Shown here: positions 50,061 through 62,572 of the stretch, piece by piece
How positions within the stretch are numbered: position 1 is the first letter of the stretch
Layout: each line of letters opens with the position of its first letter
NCBI GenBank assembly: GCA_013265495.1
Contig: MU058645.1
Span: forward strand, 1-64,000
Direction: 5' to 3'
Length of the DNA stretch: 64,000 nucleotides
Origin: Vicugna vicugna
Lineage: Eukaryota
The notes under the pieces: generated by a model
Databases searched by the model: none
What the model was told of the DNA's origin: nothing
The model's input: the letters and a program-made list of their open reading frames with translations, nothing else
Program-made: the position numbers and the translations under genes

Positions 50061-50651
50061 TTATTGAGTTATAGTCAGTTTACAATGTTGTGTCAACTTT
50101 TGGTGTACAGCACAATTTTTCAGTCATATGTGAATATACATATATTCATTTTCATGTTCTTTTTCACTGTGAGCTACTATGAGATCTTGTGTATATTTCC
50201 CTGTGCTCTACAGTATAAACTTGTTTATCTATTCTATATATACCTGTCAGGATCTACAAATCTCAAACTCCCAGTCTATCCCTTTCCACTCCCCTCCCCC
50301 CTGGCAACCACAAGTTTATATTCTATGTCTGTGAGTCTGTTTCTCTTTTATATTTAAGTTCATTTGCCTTCTTCTTTTTTTAGATTCCACATATGAGTGA
50401 TATCATGGTATTTTTCTCTCTGTTTTTGGTTTACTTCACTTAGAATGACATTCTCCAGGGACATCCATGTTGATGCAAATGGCATTATGTTGTCATTTTT
50501 TATGGCTGAATAATATTCTGTTGTATAAATATACCACAACTTCTTTATCCAGTCATCTATTGATGGACATTTAGGCTGTTTCCATGTCTTGGCTATTGTA
50601 AACAGTGCTGCTATGAACATTGGGGTGCAGGTGTCTTTTTGAAGTAGGGTG
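50061..50651 (-). mobile_element. Young 5'-truncated LINE-1 with perfect 15-bp TSD
   Basis: TSD gcaaatgtatttttt at 50046-50060 and 50652-50666; intact ORF2 C-terminus (MFIAALFTIAKTWKQPKCPS...ENVILSEV). Confidence 0.95.
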
Positions 50652-50669
50652 GCAAATGTATTTTTTAAT

Positions 50670-50990
50670 TAAAAATTTTTCTTCTAGTTTTATTGAGATA
50701 TAGTTGACCTACAGCACTGTACAAGTTTAAGGTGGGCAGCATAATGATTTTACTTAATATATACATCATAAAATGATGACCATAGTAAGTTCAGTGAACA
50801 TCCATCATCTTATATTGATACAAAATAAAAGAAAAGGAAAAAAAGTTTCCTTGTGATAAGAACTCTTAGGATTTACTCTCTTAACAATTTTTGTGTGGAA
50901 CATTATAACGTACGGCCATGTTAATTATATCAGTCATGTTGTACATTGTATCCCTAGTACTTATTTATTTCATAACTGAAAGTTTGGTAA
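50670..50990 (-). mobile_element. L1MA-like 3' end
   Basis: ttttattgagatatagttgac...aagtttaaggtg...agaactcttaggatttactctctt...ttatttatttcataactgaaagtttg. Confidence 0.8.
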
Positions 50991-51219
50991 CGTTCGATCA
51001 TTTTAAATTTACAGCTCAGTGGTGTGAAGCACATTTATATTGCTGTGTGGCCATCACCACCATCCAGCTCCCAAATGCCTTTCATCTTGCTGCACTGAAG
51101 CTCTGCACCCATTAAACAGTAGCTCCCCGTGACCCTTTGCAACCCCTGCTATCACTCTACCACATCTAAGTAGAACTGTAAAATATTTCTCCTGTGAGAC
51201 TGGCTTTTTTCCCGATTTC

Positions 51220-51698
51220 TTTCTAAGTGAAAAGGTGAAAGTTCTAGACTTCACAAGGAAAGAAAAAAAATTGTATGCCGAGGTTGCTAAGATCTCTGGC
51301 AAGGATGACTCTCTTAGCCATGAAATTGTGAGGAAGGAAAGAGAAATTCATGCTAGCTTTGCGGTCGCACCTCAAACTGCAGAAATCATGGCTACGATGT
51401 GTAGCTACTTAGTTAAGATGGAAGAGGCCTTAAATTCCTACAATATATTTTGGGAGGAGGAGAGCATCTTTGCATAACATTTATTAGAGTATATTGCTAT
51501 AATTCTTCCTTTTTATTATTTTATTATCCGTTATTGTTGTTAACCTCTTACTGTACCTAATTTATAAGCTAAGCTTTATCACAGGTAGACATGTATAGAA
51601 AAAAATACATAGTATATACAGGGTCTGTACCATCCAGGTTTTTGGGCATCTGCCGGAGGTCTGAAGGCAGGTCCCCTCAGGATGAGTGGGGACTACTG
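51220..51698 (+). mobile_element. MER44/Tigger7-type DNA transposon fragment
   Basis: ORF 51235-51477 (KVLDFTRKEKKLYAEVAKI...EIVRKEREIHASFAVAPQTA) resembles a pogo/Tigger transposase N-terminal HTH; the right TIR ends ggggactactg. Confidence 0.85.
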
Positions 51699-52599
51699 TC
51701 CTTCCTTTTCTTTTTTTGGCCAAGCACCTTGCTAAGCCTTTGTGTATAATGGTCAGCAGGACATAGTACTTGCTCTAAAGCAAGATAATGAAGTAGGCAC
51801 ATCAATTTATGAGGGAAGAGCAGTGACAAAGCACTGATATTGATGGACGGGTGATAAGAGGGCCCTTGTCGGGCCATCTGAAGCTACCCTGGATGAGGAT
51901 GTGAAAGCAGATACACATGAGGCTTTGCTGTGAGGCTATGGATTCCCCTTGGTGCAAACAGAAGCAGATAGCAGACCCACCTGGGGCATTCTAACCACCA
52001 GGTTCACTTACCGATAACTTTTTCTGTGGCCCATGTTTCTTATTCTTATCCCGGACTTATAAAATGCATTCTTCTAATTGGTTGTGTTTTTGTAAATAAC
52101 ATACTTTTGAAATGCTTTCTTAGCAGTGCACCATTGGCTCTACATGAACCATAAAATACAAGTATTTGATTTTTTACCATAAAAGAGGCAAGTTAGTTAA
52201 CCTTCTTATTTATCCATTTGGAATCTACATTGTGATCTCCACGAGGGCAGGTTGGAAAGGCTCCTTCTTCGTCCATTTGCTCCCACTGTGTCTGCCACTT
52301 AGTACAATCTATTTGTCATTTTTTCATGAATAAAAGTGAAATCAGAAATCAGGCTTCTTATTGAATCATGCTTCCCGTGAGTCAGAATGTTCGCATCAAA
52401 CTCGGTAGGTTTGGAAAGCTGTTCAAAACGAGGACTTCAAAGTGCTTTAGTGGTGTCTCCCTGGAATACAGAGCAGCACCTCATGGGTCAGCGTCTAGCC
52501 TCCTGAGGGAAGGGGATGCCTTTGCAACTAACGTGAGCGTTTGTCGTGCTGTGTATGTGTAGCTCTAGCGGATTTTTAAAGCCATTATTCTGTAATATG

Positions 52600-52830
52600 A
52601 ATAGTAACAGCTGACATGTATCAAGTCCTTACTTTTTTATCAGGAACTCTTACATGCTTCACCTTTATACTCTCAATTAATGTTTACAATAATCCTGTAA
52701 GAGACGTCTTACTAGAGCCCTGATTTACAGGTGAGGAAACGGGGGCACAAAGATGCTAACTAGTCCAGGGCCATGGGAGCAGACAGCCGCAGAACCAGAG
52801 ACTCCGCCGTGCAGTCTGAACCCGCCCTCC
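52600..52830 (-). mobile_element. MIR SINE
   Basis: acaataatcctgtaag...tttacaggtgaggaaacgggggcaca. Confidence 0.75.
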
Positions 52831-54978
52831 ACGCGGTCCAGGCCATTCGCAAGGTACCTGTCGGGAGAAAACCAAAACTGGCAAAGCGCAGCAGAATAGG
52901 ATTTCCTCCTACTGACGGCTTGCAATCCAGAGAACACAGTCACTCTTATCTTTCCAGTTATGCTTTTTGCACACATTGGATAACACAGAATGAATCTGTG
53001 ACTGTCGTGTTCATTGCTTTCAGCTTGGAGTGGGGAAGTGGAAGGCTTAGAGATTCTGAAATGTAAAGATTAGACAATTTAAGATCAAAATGTCCTGCCG
53101 TGGTCGTCATGACATCATGGTCGTTTACAGCATGTTAGGATTTAGTTGTGACGGATGTCACAGAAAGGAGGACGTGGAGGAGAGCTTTGGAGGGCTTCGC
53201 TAATGTGAGATCTCAATTAGCTCTTCAAACCATCCTAAATAAACACGCAATCTAAGGAAGGCACAGACTGTGGGACTTCGGGGAGAGTTCAACCCACAAG
53301 GTTTCCTCTCGCTGGTTCCCTTTAGGAATTTAGGAGCCACTGCAAATGTGCGATACGGAAAGTGTGGAACGATGTTTCTCTTTTTTCATTCATCCATCCA
53401 TCCCTTACCATCTCGACGCACATGCAGACGCCCCCTGCCACACACACATGCACACACACGTAACACGCCCTTTGCAGAGGATATCACCATACAGAAGAAG
53501 TAGAATGTATTTCCAGTGAGCCTGAGTCTGTTCCAGCCCTCAGGGTAAGTCTTGACCTGCAAGCTGATAACTTTCAATCGTGAAAAATTCACTTTAAAGC
53601 ACCCACAAATAATATGTTCTGATCATCTCATATCTAATATTGCTGCTGTTCTCTGAAGGCTGAATTGGACTCAGCCGTGCTTTCACTTCACACACACACA
53701 ATTACAATTATTAGAAAATTACATAGAAGAGACAGCACCTGTCTGTCCCCACACGCATTTTTATACATTTTACGAAGATCCCTTACTTTGCCAATTATGT
53801 TTCTCTGAGCTTGGTACCCAGGCATCCTTTATGTCCTGTTAGTGTCTGAAGGGCACTCCATGCTGTCAGGTGGCATTAGAATGACTTCCAATTTCGTTTC
53901 TATATAGAGTCTCCCCGATGTACCTGTCATGAGACACATTTGCCCTGGGGGCTTCCATCCGGCACATTGGGGTTTATGTCACCATGACAGGTCACTGAGA
54001 CTTGCCAGTCCCACCCTGACACTGGCCTTGCATTTTGCTTTTACATTTATGGTAACAGCACTGTGCCTTGTGCTGGAAGGACAGACCAGCATAACGAGGA
54101 GGAATGAGTCATCACCATCCTCTGCATCCAGAAGGGAATGTCAGCGCCGCAGCTCAGTCTTCATTGCCTTTTATGTCTGAGTGCCAGGTGGACCTTAAAT
54201 TTCTTTGAAATACTTCCACTAATCAAGGTTGCATTCCTGTCTCCCTTCTTCCTCAAAATCCTTGGTCTCTTTCCTTTTTTTCCCTTGTATTCAGACAAAA
54301 AAGAAAATCACCATCATTTCAAAAGTATTTGCACTGAATTTCTGTTTTGCTTTCCCAGGAAATTGTGAAAAAAATGTCACTGTGCATAAATGGAGCCATT
54401 TTGACCTATGGCGGTACAGTGATGAGATAAATTACTAAACGTTATTCTTTAGGGGGGATACGAGAATTAAAGGAGAAGGAATTAAAGGAGAAGAAATTAA
54501 AGCACACTGAGTTGAGAGAGCTTACGTGTTTCGGATGTATGCTATTGACACAGGTGTTCTTTTAAAGAAGTTCTTGAAAACAGTTTCTATGGCAACTGCA
54601 TCACATTTAAGACCAAAAAGAATTAACTTTGACTTGAATTGGATAGTTTCAACTTGTATTTAGGTAATTCAAATAAACTGCAGCAAATATAATCTGTGTT
54701 AACACTCTAATATTATTCAGTTTTTATCCTTGGTTTTTGTAACGCAATCTAAGTATGCCTCCCCTGCTTAACGAAGACTCGGGGTGTGGAATTCTAGATT
54801 GACAGGGTTTTTTTTTTCCTTTTTTCTTTCTTTCAAGGATTACATGAAATGACAGTCAACCATGAGTGCACAGGGATGTGCATCCCCTCACACTTGCCAA
54901 CAATGGTACAAAACTATGAATTTTGCCTGTATCACCAGTGGTTTTGCAATGCTACTGAAGTTCAGTAACTTTTCATTA

Positions 54979-55288
54979 CAGCAGACCTCAGAGAGATTGT
55001 GGGTTGGGTTCCAGACCAGCACAATAAAGTGACTCTCACAACCAAGGGAGTCACACAAACTCTGGTTTCCCAGTGCATGTAAGAGTTGTGTGCACACTAT
55101 GGCACACTCTATTCAGTGTACAATAATATCATGTCTAAAAAATGCACACACTTTAGTCAAAAATACTTTATTCCTAAAAAACGCTCACCATCATCTGTAG
55201 TCAGGGTTGCCAGAAATCTTCAGTTTGTAAACAACACACCATCTGAGACGTGCAGGATAGTGAAGCACAGTAACGCCAGGTATGCCTG
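54979..55288. mobile_element. Tigger1-derived internally deleted element (MITE)
   Basis: Both Tigger1 ends are present: TA|cagcagacctcagagagattgtgggttgggttccagacc... and ...ccaggtatgcctg. Confidence 0.85.
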
Positions 55289-55519
55289 CGTTGCTGAGCA
55301 TTTTATTTCATTGCTATTATGTTCCTTTTCTTATTTTGGGGGTTGTTATTTTAAAATTTTTAAAATTATTTTTACCACATTCTTCCTTTGCTATATATGC
55401 AGAAAATATATTCTGCGGGTCTTTACCCTGTTAAGTACACATGCAAGTACCTTTGATGAAGACCATCCACCAGCGTTTGCTAGGCTTTGGTTCAGGGTCT
55501 TCCTTGGGAGCCCTTCCCT

Positions 55520-55850
55520 CTCGTCTTGGTCGGCTCAAGCAGCTGTAACTGAATACCAGCCCTGGATGGCTTAGAAACAACAGGAACTTAGTTCTCACGG
55601 TTCCGGAGGCTGGCGGTCCCAGATCATGGCGCCGGCATGGTCACATTCTGATGAGGGCCCTCTTCTGGGTTGCAGACGCCTCATTCTCACGTGGCGGAAG
55701 GGCAAGGAGGTCTCTGGGGTCCCTTTTACAAAGACACGCATCTCAGTCATAAGGGCTCTTCCCTCATGACCTAACTAGCTCCTAGCGCCATCGCACTGGG
55801 CATCCGGGTTCCTGTGTGCCAGTCCTGGGGGTCACGTTCAGACCATAGAC
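55520..55850 (-). mobile_element. MaLR MLT1A-like solo LTR
   Basis: ggcttagaaacaacaggaacttagttctcacggttccggaggctgg...ccctcatgacctaa...cgttcagaccatag. Confidence 0.85.
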
Positions 55851-55869
55851 CCTCTTTTTCAACTTCATG

Positions 55870-56760
55870 AGTGAATACGTATCTTCATTTCTGCACTTTG
55901 GGTTCTCCTCCATTCTATCCACTGAATGCGAGTCCTACACGGTTTTCATAATTTGAAATGTAAAATCAGTTTTGATATCTTGAAGAGAAAGCTCTACATT
56001 TATTTTCCACGATAATCTTCATGTGAACATATTACATTTTATACATTGTAACAGCATTTGTCAGGTCCTATGAAAAGTCCTGTTAAAGTTTTGCCTGTAA
56101 TCTCACTGTATATGTGGATTAATTTTGACGAATGAATGTCTTTGCCATATTGAATCTATGCCCATGGACACAACCCCTCTAGTAATTCAAACCACCTTTT
56201 TGTCTTCATGAATGTCTCCTGATTTGTAATATTATTTCCTAGGTATTTTATTTATTCTAGTTTACATTTCCACTTCAGCACTTTGTAAATGATGTGTGTT
56301 GGTGTATAAGACATTCCTATTTTGATCTTACATAGGCCATTGTTTTCAGCTGTAGTTTTTCAGTTGATTCTCCTGAATATTATAAGCAGACTATCGCTGT
56401 GTGGACATTCTTACCATTTTCGTTTCTATTGTAGTCTTTGTACATATTTTTATTTTTTTCTATTATGTGTCCTTTATAGCTATCATCTTTAATTGTTCAC
56501 ACTCCTCCTTCTCCTTTGAATTCTGGGCGTATGTTATAATTTCAATTCTGATTTTTCTTTCTGCATTAATAAACTACCTTTACTTATTTTGGTGCCATTG
56601 CAAATAGTCGTGGCATGACTTGTCATTTTATTTTTTTTAATGTGGCATTCATATTTTTCTAATGTTTATATCTTGTTTTATTTAATTTTTGAGAGAATTC
56701 AAAATAGACTTTGCCTCAGATTGAATTTATTTCAATTATAATTTTTAAAAACTTAATTTT
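55870..56760 (-). mobile_element. Ancient LINE-1 fragments
   Basis: Degenerate antisense ORF2 (tcaggtcctatgaaaagtcctgtt, attatttcctaggtatttta). Confidence 0.55.
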
Positions 56761-57069
56761 TCTTTCCTTTTTTAATCTAGTGATAATTTGGTTCTTTTTA
56801 TATTGTAAAGTAACTTCACAGGGCTCACACTGGTTTGCATGCTCACAGATCACTGAGCAGAAAGGCCTGTGATTGCGGCCAGTCCTTCCCAAGCTGAGGG
56901 TGACGATGTTCTCTGACTGTTCACTCGATGCTGTTAGCTTTTTCCCTTGGATCTCACGTGGGAGGATGAGAGGAGTGACACGCGTTGAGGGAGCCTGGTG
57001 AAGTATCTGAGGAACGTGTTTTCTCTTCGTCTGGTGAAGCTGTCATGTCAAGGTCTAACTTTCCTGACA

Positions 57070-57860
57070 TACTTTGATCTCGCCCCATTGTTTATCCTCT
57101 AGTCTTTCTCACCTCAAAAAAATAGCACCTCCGTATAACCAATTGCTCAGGCCAAACCTGGTAATTACTTCTGACCTTCCCTTCTCCACTACAAATCCTG
57201 TCAATGCAACTTTATGGATATTTTTAAAAAATCCATTTCTCCCTTTCTTCATTGCAAAAACCTTAGCGAAAGTCACTGTGAGGTCTTCACAGACTGTAGA
57301 ATCACTCTACCTAGTATCCCAACTTTGAATCCTGTCCCCCTCCAGTCCCTGGTCTACACAACAGCCGGGTCATTTTTAAACATCTAGATTGACTGATGGT
57401 AGGTCTTTCTGTAAATATGCCAAGTGTGCATATGGTACTTTCTTTAAAACACAAAGTCCAAAACATGTCCAAATGATCCCTCAGCCAGCCCTTGGCTCTG
57501 TTCCCAAAATTGTTTAATAAGATTCTGTCTTTCCTCTCTAGTAATCTGACAGACTTTCACTTTAATTCCAATGATGCCAAACACCTTCCCAGCAAAGACT
57601 CAGAGTATCCTGGTCCGTTTGCCTGGGTCACACTCCCCGAGTCTGTCAGATGGCGTTTTCTCGTCCTTTGGGTTTCAGGTCCAGCACTTCAGAGACATGC
57701 GCCCTAGCCAAAGCCCCACACTCGGTGCACATTAGGTTTCTGTGTCATAGCTTCAGAAGTGCCCATAACTGCCCTTCCTAGCCTCTAATGCTGCAAAGGC
57801 ATCGGTGCCTGGTGTTCTCAGCACGATGGTGTCTGGACACAGTAGAAATGAGGATTGACC
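57070..57860 (+). mobile_element. LINE-2 3' region
   Basis: ccaattgctcaggccaaacctgg...ccagtccctggtctacacaacagccgggtcattttt...cagcacgatggtgtctggacacagtag. Confidence 0.7.
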
Positions 57861-58311
57861 TACGGCTGCATTAAAGATGTGGTTGGACTCATTCCCCCGA
57901 CCCCATGTCAGGGGATGACCTCTCTAGATCAGCATCAAGGAAGGCACACGTGGGGGATGGGGGACACCTCCACCGCAGAACTCCCTGTGGGGCCCGAAGA
58001 CTTCCTGACACATTTGGTTATCAATGCTGTTTGTCTGACAAGGTCTTTTTACGTGACTATCTTCATAGCATCCTGTACCCTTTAGCCCTAGCCAATCCTG
58101 ATAAGCGCTATTAGTGGGATCCTATTACAATATTATTTTAAAAGCTTATTTTCAACATCACAGTACTTTTTGAGGAAGGACTGGAGTCGGAATTCAGTGT
58201 CATTCTTCAGTGTTATTTAGCAAAAACAATTGCTCAAAGATAGTGACACGTGAATTCTGTTTTCCAAGTTTCCAGCACTCAAGATACCGGATTTAGCAAA
58301 CAGAGTTTAAA

Positions 58312-58680
58312 GTACTGCTATTTGTGTCCCCTTCAAATTCATATGTCGAAGCCTTAAATTCCGGTACAACTATACTTAGAGACAGGACTCCTAGTGCGTA
58401 ATTGAGGCTAAATGAGGTCATAAGGAAGAGGTCTTAAACTTACAGTGTTGGTGGCCTTATGAGAAGAGGGAAAACGAGTGCTCTCTCCCTGAGCGCATGT
58501 ATCAAGAAAGGCCACGTGAGGGCACAGTGAGAAGGCAGCTGTCCGCAGGCTGGGAAGAGAGCCCTCACTGGAAACTGCGGGAGGACTTCTGGTCTTCAGA
58601 ACCGTAAGGAATGCACTTCTGTCGTTTAAGCTGCCTGGTCCACGGTCATCTGTCACGTCAACTCAAGCCGACCACACAAG
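58312..58680 (+). mobile_element. MaLR MLT1A-like solo LTR
   Basis: tgtgtccccttcaaattcatatgtcgaagcc...aaatgaggtcataagg...ggccacgtgagggcacagtgagaaggcagctg. Confidence 0.88.
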
Positions 58681-58719
58681 TATCTATTTTAGTTACGCTC
58701 CATGCATTAAGAGAAAACA

Positions 58720-59470
58720 CACTTAACATGAGTGCGACCAGCAGAGAAATGGCAGCTGTAAAAATGAGCCCAACATCAGAATTGAGTTGGTGGAGAAAAG
58801 AGAGTCAGAGCATTAGAAGTATTTCAGTAGGAATTGTCCAAGCGCAAGAACACAAAACGAGCAGAGTAAGAAGAAATAAAGTGAGGAAAATCCGAGGCAT
58901 TCATCAGAAGTTCTAACGTACATTTATTCGCAGCACCAGAAAGGAGGGGTAGTGGGTGGGCCAAATAAAAGGAAAATTCTCAATGGCCAAAAATTTAACA
59001 GATTTACTAAAGACATAAATTGAAAGACACAGGAAACTAAGTAAGCCCCAAATAGGTTAAATTCAAAGAAGCCACCTCTAGACACATCATAATCAAACTG
59101 CTGAACAGCAAAGAGAATGAAAAAACATGTTGAAAACGACCAGAGAAATGATATTTTCCACACAGAAGGACAATGATTTGCATGGCTGCAGATAGCTCAC
59201 TGGAAAGTTTAGAGACTGGAAGACAATGGACAAAAAACTTCCTTCAAAACAAACAAACAAAAGAAAAAACAAACGAAAACTGGACTTGTCAGTCCAGTGT
59301 TTCATATCTAGCAGGAATTAAGAGAAAGTTTCAGATGGAGGTATATTCATACAAAGTGTCGCTAGCAGGTTGTCCTACAGGAAATGCTAAGGGAAGTCTT
59401 TGAGGAATTAGCGCTGATGGAAACTTGGATAAACATTCAGGAATGAAGAAAGAGCACAGGAAACAAGGAT
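58720..59470 (+). mobile_element. Old LINE-1 ORF1 remnant
   Basis: ccccaaataggttaaattcaaagaagccacctctagacacatcataatcaaactg corresponds to the ORF1p 'PRHIIIKL' region. Confidence 0.75.
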
Positions 59471-59844
59471 GACCTATTCAACACACACACACAAGAAAAA
59501 CAATTGCATGGTTATTCCATCCACTTTTCATAAACAAAACTTCGCATCTATCAGGTATTTTCCCCCAAACACAGCCACCGTGCCGCAGCCATTGCATTTT
59601 CAGATGCTTTAGTATCTGCCATAACATTTTCATAGCATTTTTTCCAGCCTTACAGGCTCCGGTCTCAGTCACTAGTTCACCCCGCACCACAGTGCAGGTA
59701 AGGTGTACAAACAAGGTGTTAAGATTCCACTTCCGTTCCTCCCAGGTGGCTGTTTGGCCTCCATATAAATGCAAATAGATGCGCATTGTTAAGAAGTCAG
59801 GTCTGTCTTCACCCACTAATCCTTCTTAAACACCAAGCCCTGGA

Positions 59845-60045
59845 CTGAGGGTTGCAAAGCAAATTTGCAGTCCACACCTGACCCACTGCCTGCTTTTGTA
59901 AATAAAGTTTCACTGGAACACAGGCTTTCTTTGGTTTCAATATCGTCTGTGGATGCTTTCACTCTGCAACAGCAGAGCCGAGCAGTCGTGAGAGGCGCTG
60001 TTTGACCCTGAAAGCCCGCAATGCTTATTGTTTGGTCCTCTGCTG
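59845..60045 (+). mobile_element. MER58A-like hAT-Charlie element
   Basis: cccactgcctgcttttgtaaataaagtttcactggaacacag...atcgtctgtggatgcttt. Confidence 0.8.
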
Positions 60046-60399
60046 TGACGGTTTGGTCCTCTAGACAAAGACAAATGCATATTTTGATTATTCTTGTTAT
60101 AAAGATGGAAAGCAGATACCTTTTCTACATCTAGATAGTACAAAGAACACCGTAGTGTTATTTCCTGGAAAATAAAATTTGCTGTTAATGTAAATAGACC
60201 CATCAACCTTTACAAACTGAAAACTACTGGCAGTTTTCCTAAACCCCAGATTAAGGAGAGAAGCATCAGCCCCACTATCTATTTTGTAATGATTATAATT
60301 ACTGAAAAATAAATATTGAAGATACTCTTGTACTTAGCTCATTCACTCATTCAATGATTAGAGAATTATTGAATACTTTCTATGTTTCTTACATTCCAT

Positions 60400-61175
60400 A
60401 GACACCACTTCACATTCCAAAATTATTCAGAAGAATCAAGGACCAACAAGAACTAAGACACTCTTGAAGAAGACGAGATTTACCTTACATATTGAGTATA
60501 TTGTATATACTGATTATAAAGTTATATTGCAGTCTATGGGTGGTATAGACTTAGGGATTGATAAATAGACCAGCAGAAAAGAAAAAAGATCTGCAGAAAC
60601 AGATCCATGTATATATGAAGACCTGAAATCCATCAGAGCCGTCACTTCCTATGCTTGGGGAAAATCGTCAACACATAGTCCAGGGGAAGTAATCAGTGAT
60701 CTACGTGAGAAACAAGAAACAGATCTTTTAATTAATAAACAACAACTCATTCCATATGACTACCAAAATTTGAATGCCATGCTTACTTTAGTCGTTAGAG
60801 TTGAATTGACATCAATCTCCTGCTTCTTCTAACTATGAATGTGTAAGCTACTAACGTTAGAAGAAGTTGGAAGAAGGAAATAAGAGAGTTCTGTACAATT
60901 TTTGTAACTGTTCTATGAATCTACAATTCTTTCAAAATAAGTTTTTAAAAAAGTAGTACAAACAATACATGGTCAATAAAAATTAGATTACAAATGAATC
61001 ATGAATTTAAATGTGAATAGCAAAACATAAAATTTTTTGAAAACAATATAAGAATGTATCTTTATTCTCTTTTGAGTGGGAAGGACTTTCTTAAATTAGA
61101 CTTAATAAGTGCAAACCATAAGTAAATATATTGATAATTCCATCTACATTAAAATAAGAATCCCTGCACAGTACA
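60400..61175 (+). mobile_element. Old LINE-1 ORF2 C-terminal remnants with a nested L1 3' end
   Basis: gataaatagaccagcag...gaaacagatccatgtatatatg; aggactttcttaaa...tacattaaaataagaa. Confidence 0.65.
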
Positions 61176-61799
61176 ATTTTTATCTTATTGCCGCAGTTGC
61201 CAAAATAATTTTGAGGAAAAGAAAATCAGTAGTCAATACTAGCTGATGTCAAATAGTTACTAAGATTCGAAAATCAGATTTAATCTTAGGTCTGACTAAT
61301 CCCAAATTTCTTGCTCTCCGTGTTATGATCTGTTCCTTCCTTAAAATGGTTATGTTAAATAATAATCAGCCAACTATCTCGAAAAACAATACATGGATAA
61401 TATGTACATTCACACACACACAAAATCAAACATTCCATCTTTAAAATAACTGAAAAAAATGAGAAGAATGCAATTTATAATAAAATTACATGCATTTTAT
61501 TATGTAGATGATTGGAGCACAAATACACTAGATCATGACACAGTTGGATACTTGTACCCCCTTAAATTTGTATTCAAGGGATGACAACTCAGTTAACTAG
61601 TGCTCACACTTCTGTAGTTTTGATGTTGTGAAATAAGGCATAAATAAGGATACTCATATAATACAGTGCTTGTGCATATTACGGTTACAAATACAGATTG
61701 GTACCTATGTTGGACGGGTGACACATAACACGAGAAGTGTGGCTGTTAGTGTACTGATTTTCTGGAGTTGTAAACAACTTCTGGTAAAAGTCTGAACAA

Positions 61800-62128
61800 A
61801 ACAAAGTACACTCTTCCTCAACTTACATGATAATTGTTTCTGGAAAATTCCATGACTATTAAAGCCCAGCAAAAAATACTTTATGTCTCAAAAGACTATT
61901 AGGTTTAGGTTCAGACATTCACCCTCCTACAGGGCTCTTAGTGGGACACTTGACTGTCACGTGGGAAGGACTTCGTACAAATTTTTAGTGTACAGGACTG
62001 CCCTGTGAATATCTGACTCATGTGGGTCCAACGCACGAAAACCTCAGTGCACTGCTACACTTTGAGACAACACAAAACAGCTCAGACATTTCCGAAGAAT
62101 TTTTAAGGACCCTGTTGAGAACCACTAT
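61800..62128 (+). mobile_element. MER20-like hAT element
   Basis: gagacaacacaaaacagctcagacatttcc...gttgagaaccact terminus. Confidence 0.5.
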
Positions 62129-62399
62129 CTAACTTACACTAAGCTTCAGATTAACTTAATTGTCTGGCATTATTATATTTAATTAAAAAATAGGCTAATA
62201 GTTCCTTATGTTTATTTGTTCTTCCACTTTCAAAGTAAATTCTGTTAACTCTTCTCCTCAAAAACTATAAAATGTAGTCATCTCTACTTTTCAGATGGAT
62301 TTAACTTAAAAGGGTTTAGTGATTTGTTCCAAGTCAAACAGCCAGAACATAGAAGTAAGGGTGTCTATTCAATTGTAAGGGTTTATAAATTTTTTTTAC

Positions 62400-62572
62400 A
62401 TTTCTTCTCTTTTGTTTTTTTCAATTGAAGTATAGTCAATTTCCAGTGTTGTGTTAGTTTCTGGTGTACAGCATAATGATTCAGTTTTATGTATATATAT
62501 ATACACACACACACATATATATATTCTTTGATTCGATTCTTTTTCATTATAGGTTATCACAAGCTATTGAAT
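62400..62572 (-). mobile_element. LINE-1 3' terminal fragment
   Basis: attgaagtatagtcaatttccagtgttgtgttagtttctggtgtacagc...ttctttttcattataggtta. Confidence 0.88.

Larger units (their letters stand above)
49585..51215 (-). mobile_element. L1MB-like 3' end split by a ~1.35 kb insertion (pieces ~49585-49646 and ~50999-51215)
   Basis: aattgtggttaaatacacataacataaaatttatcatgttatccattttta is continued by cattttaaatttacagctcagtgg...ccatcaccaccatcca. Confidence 0.75.
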
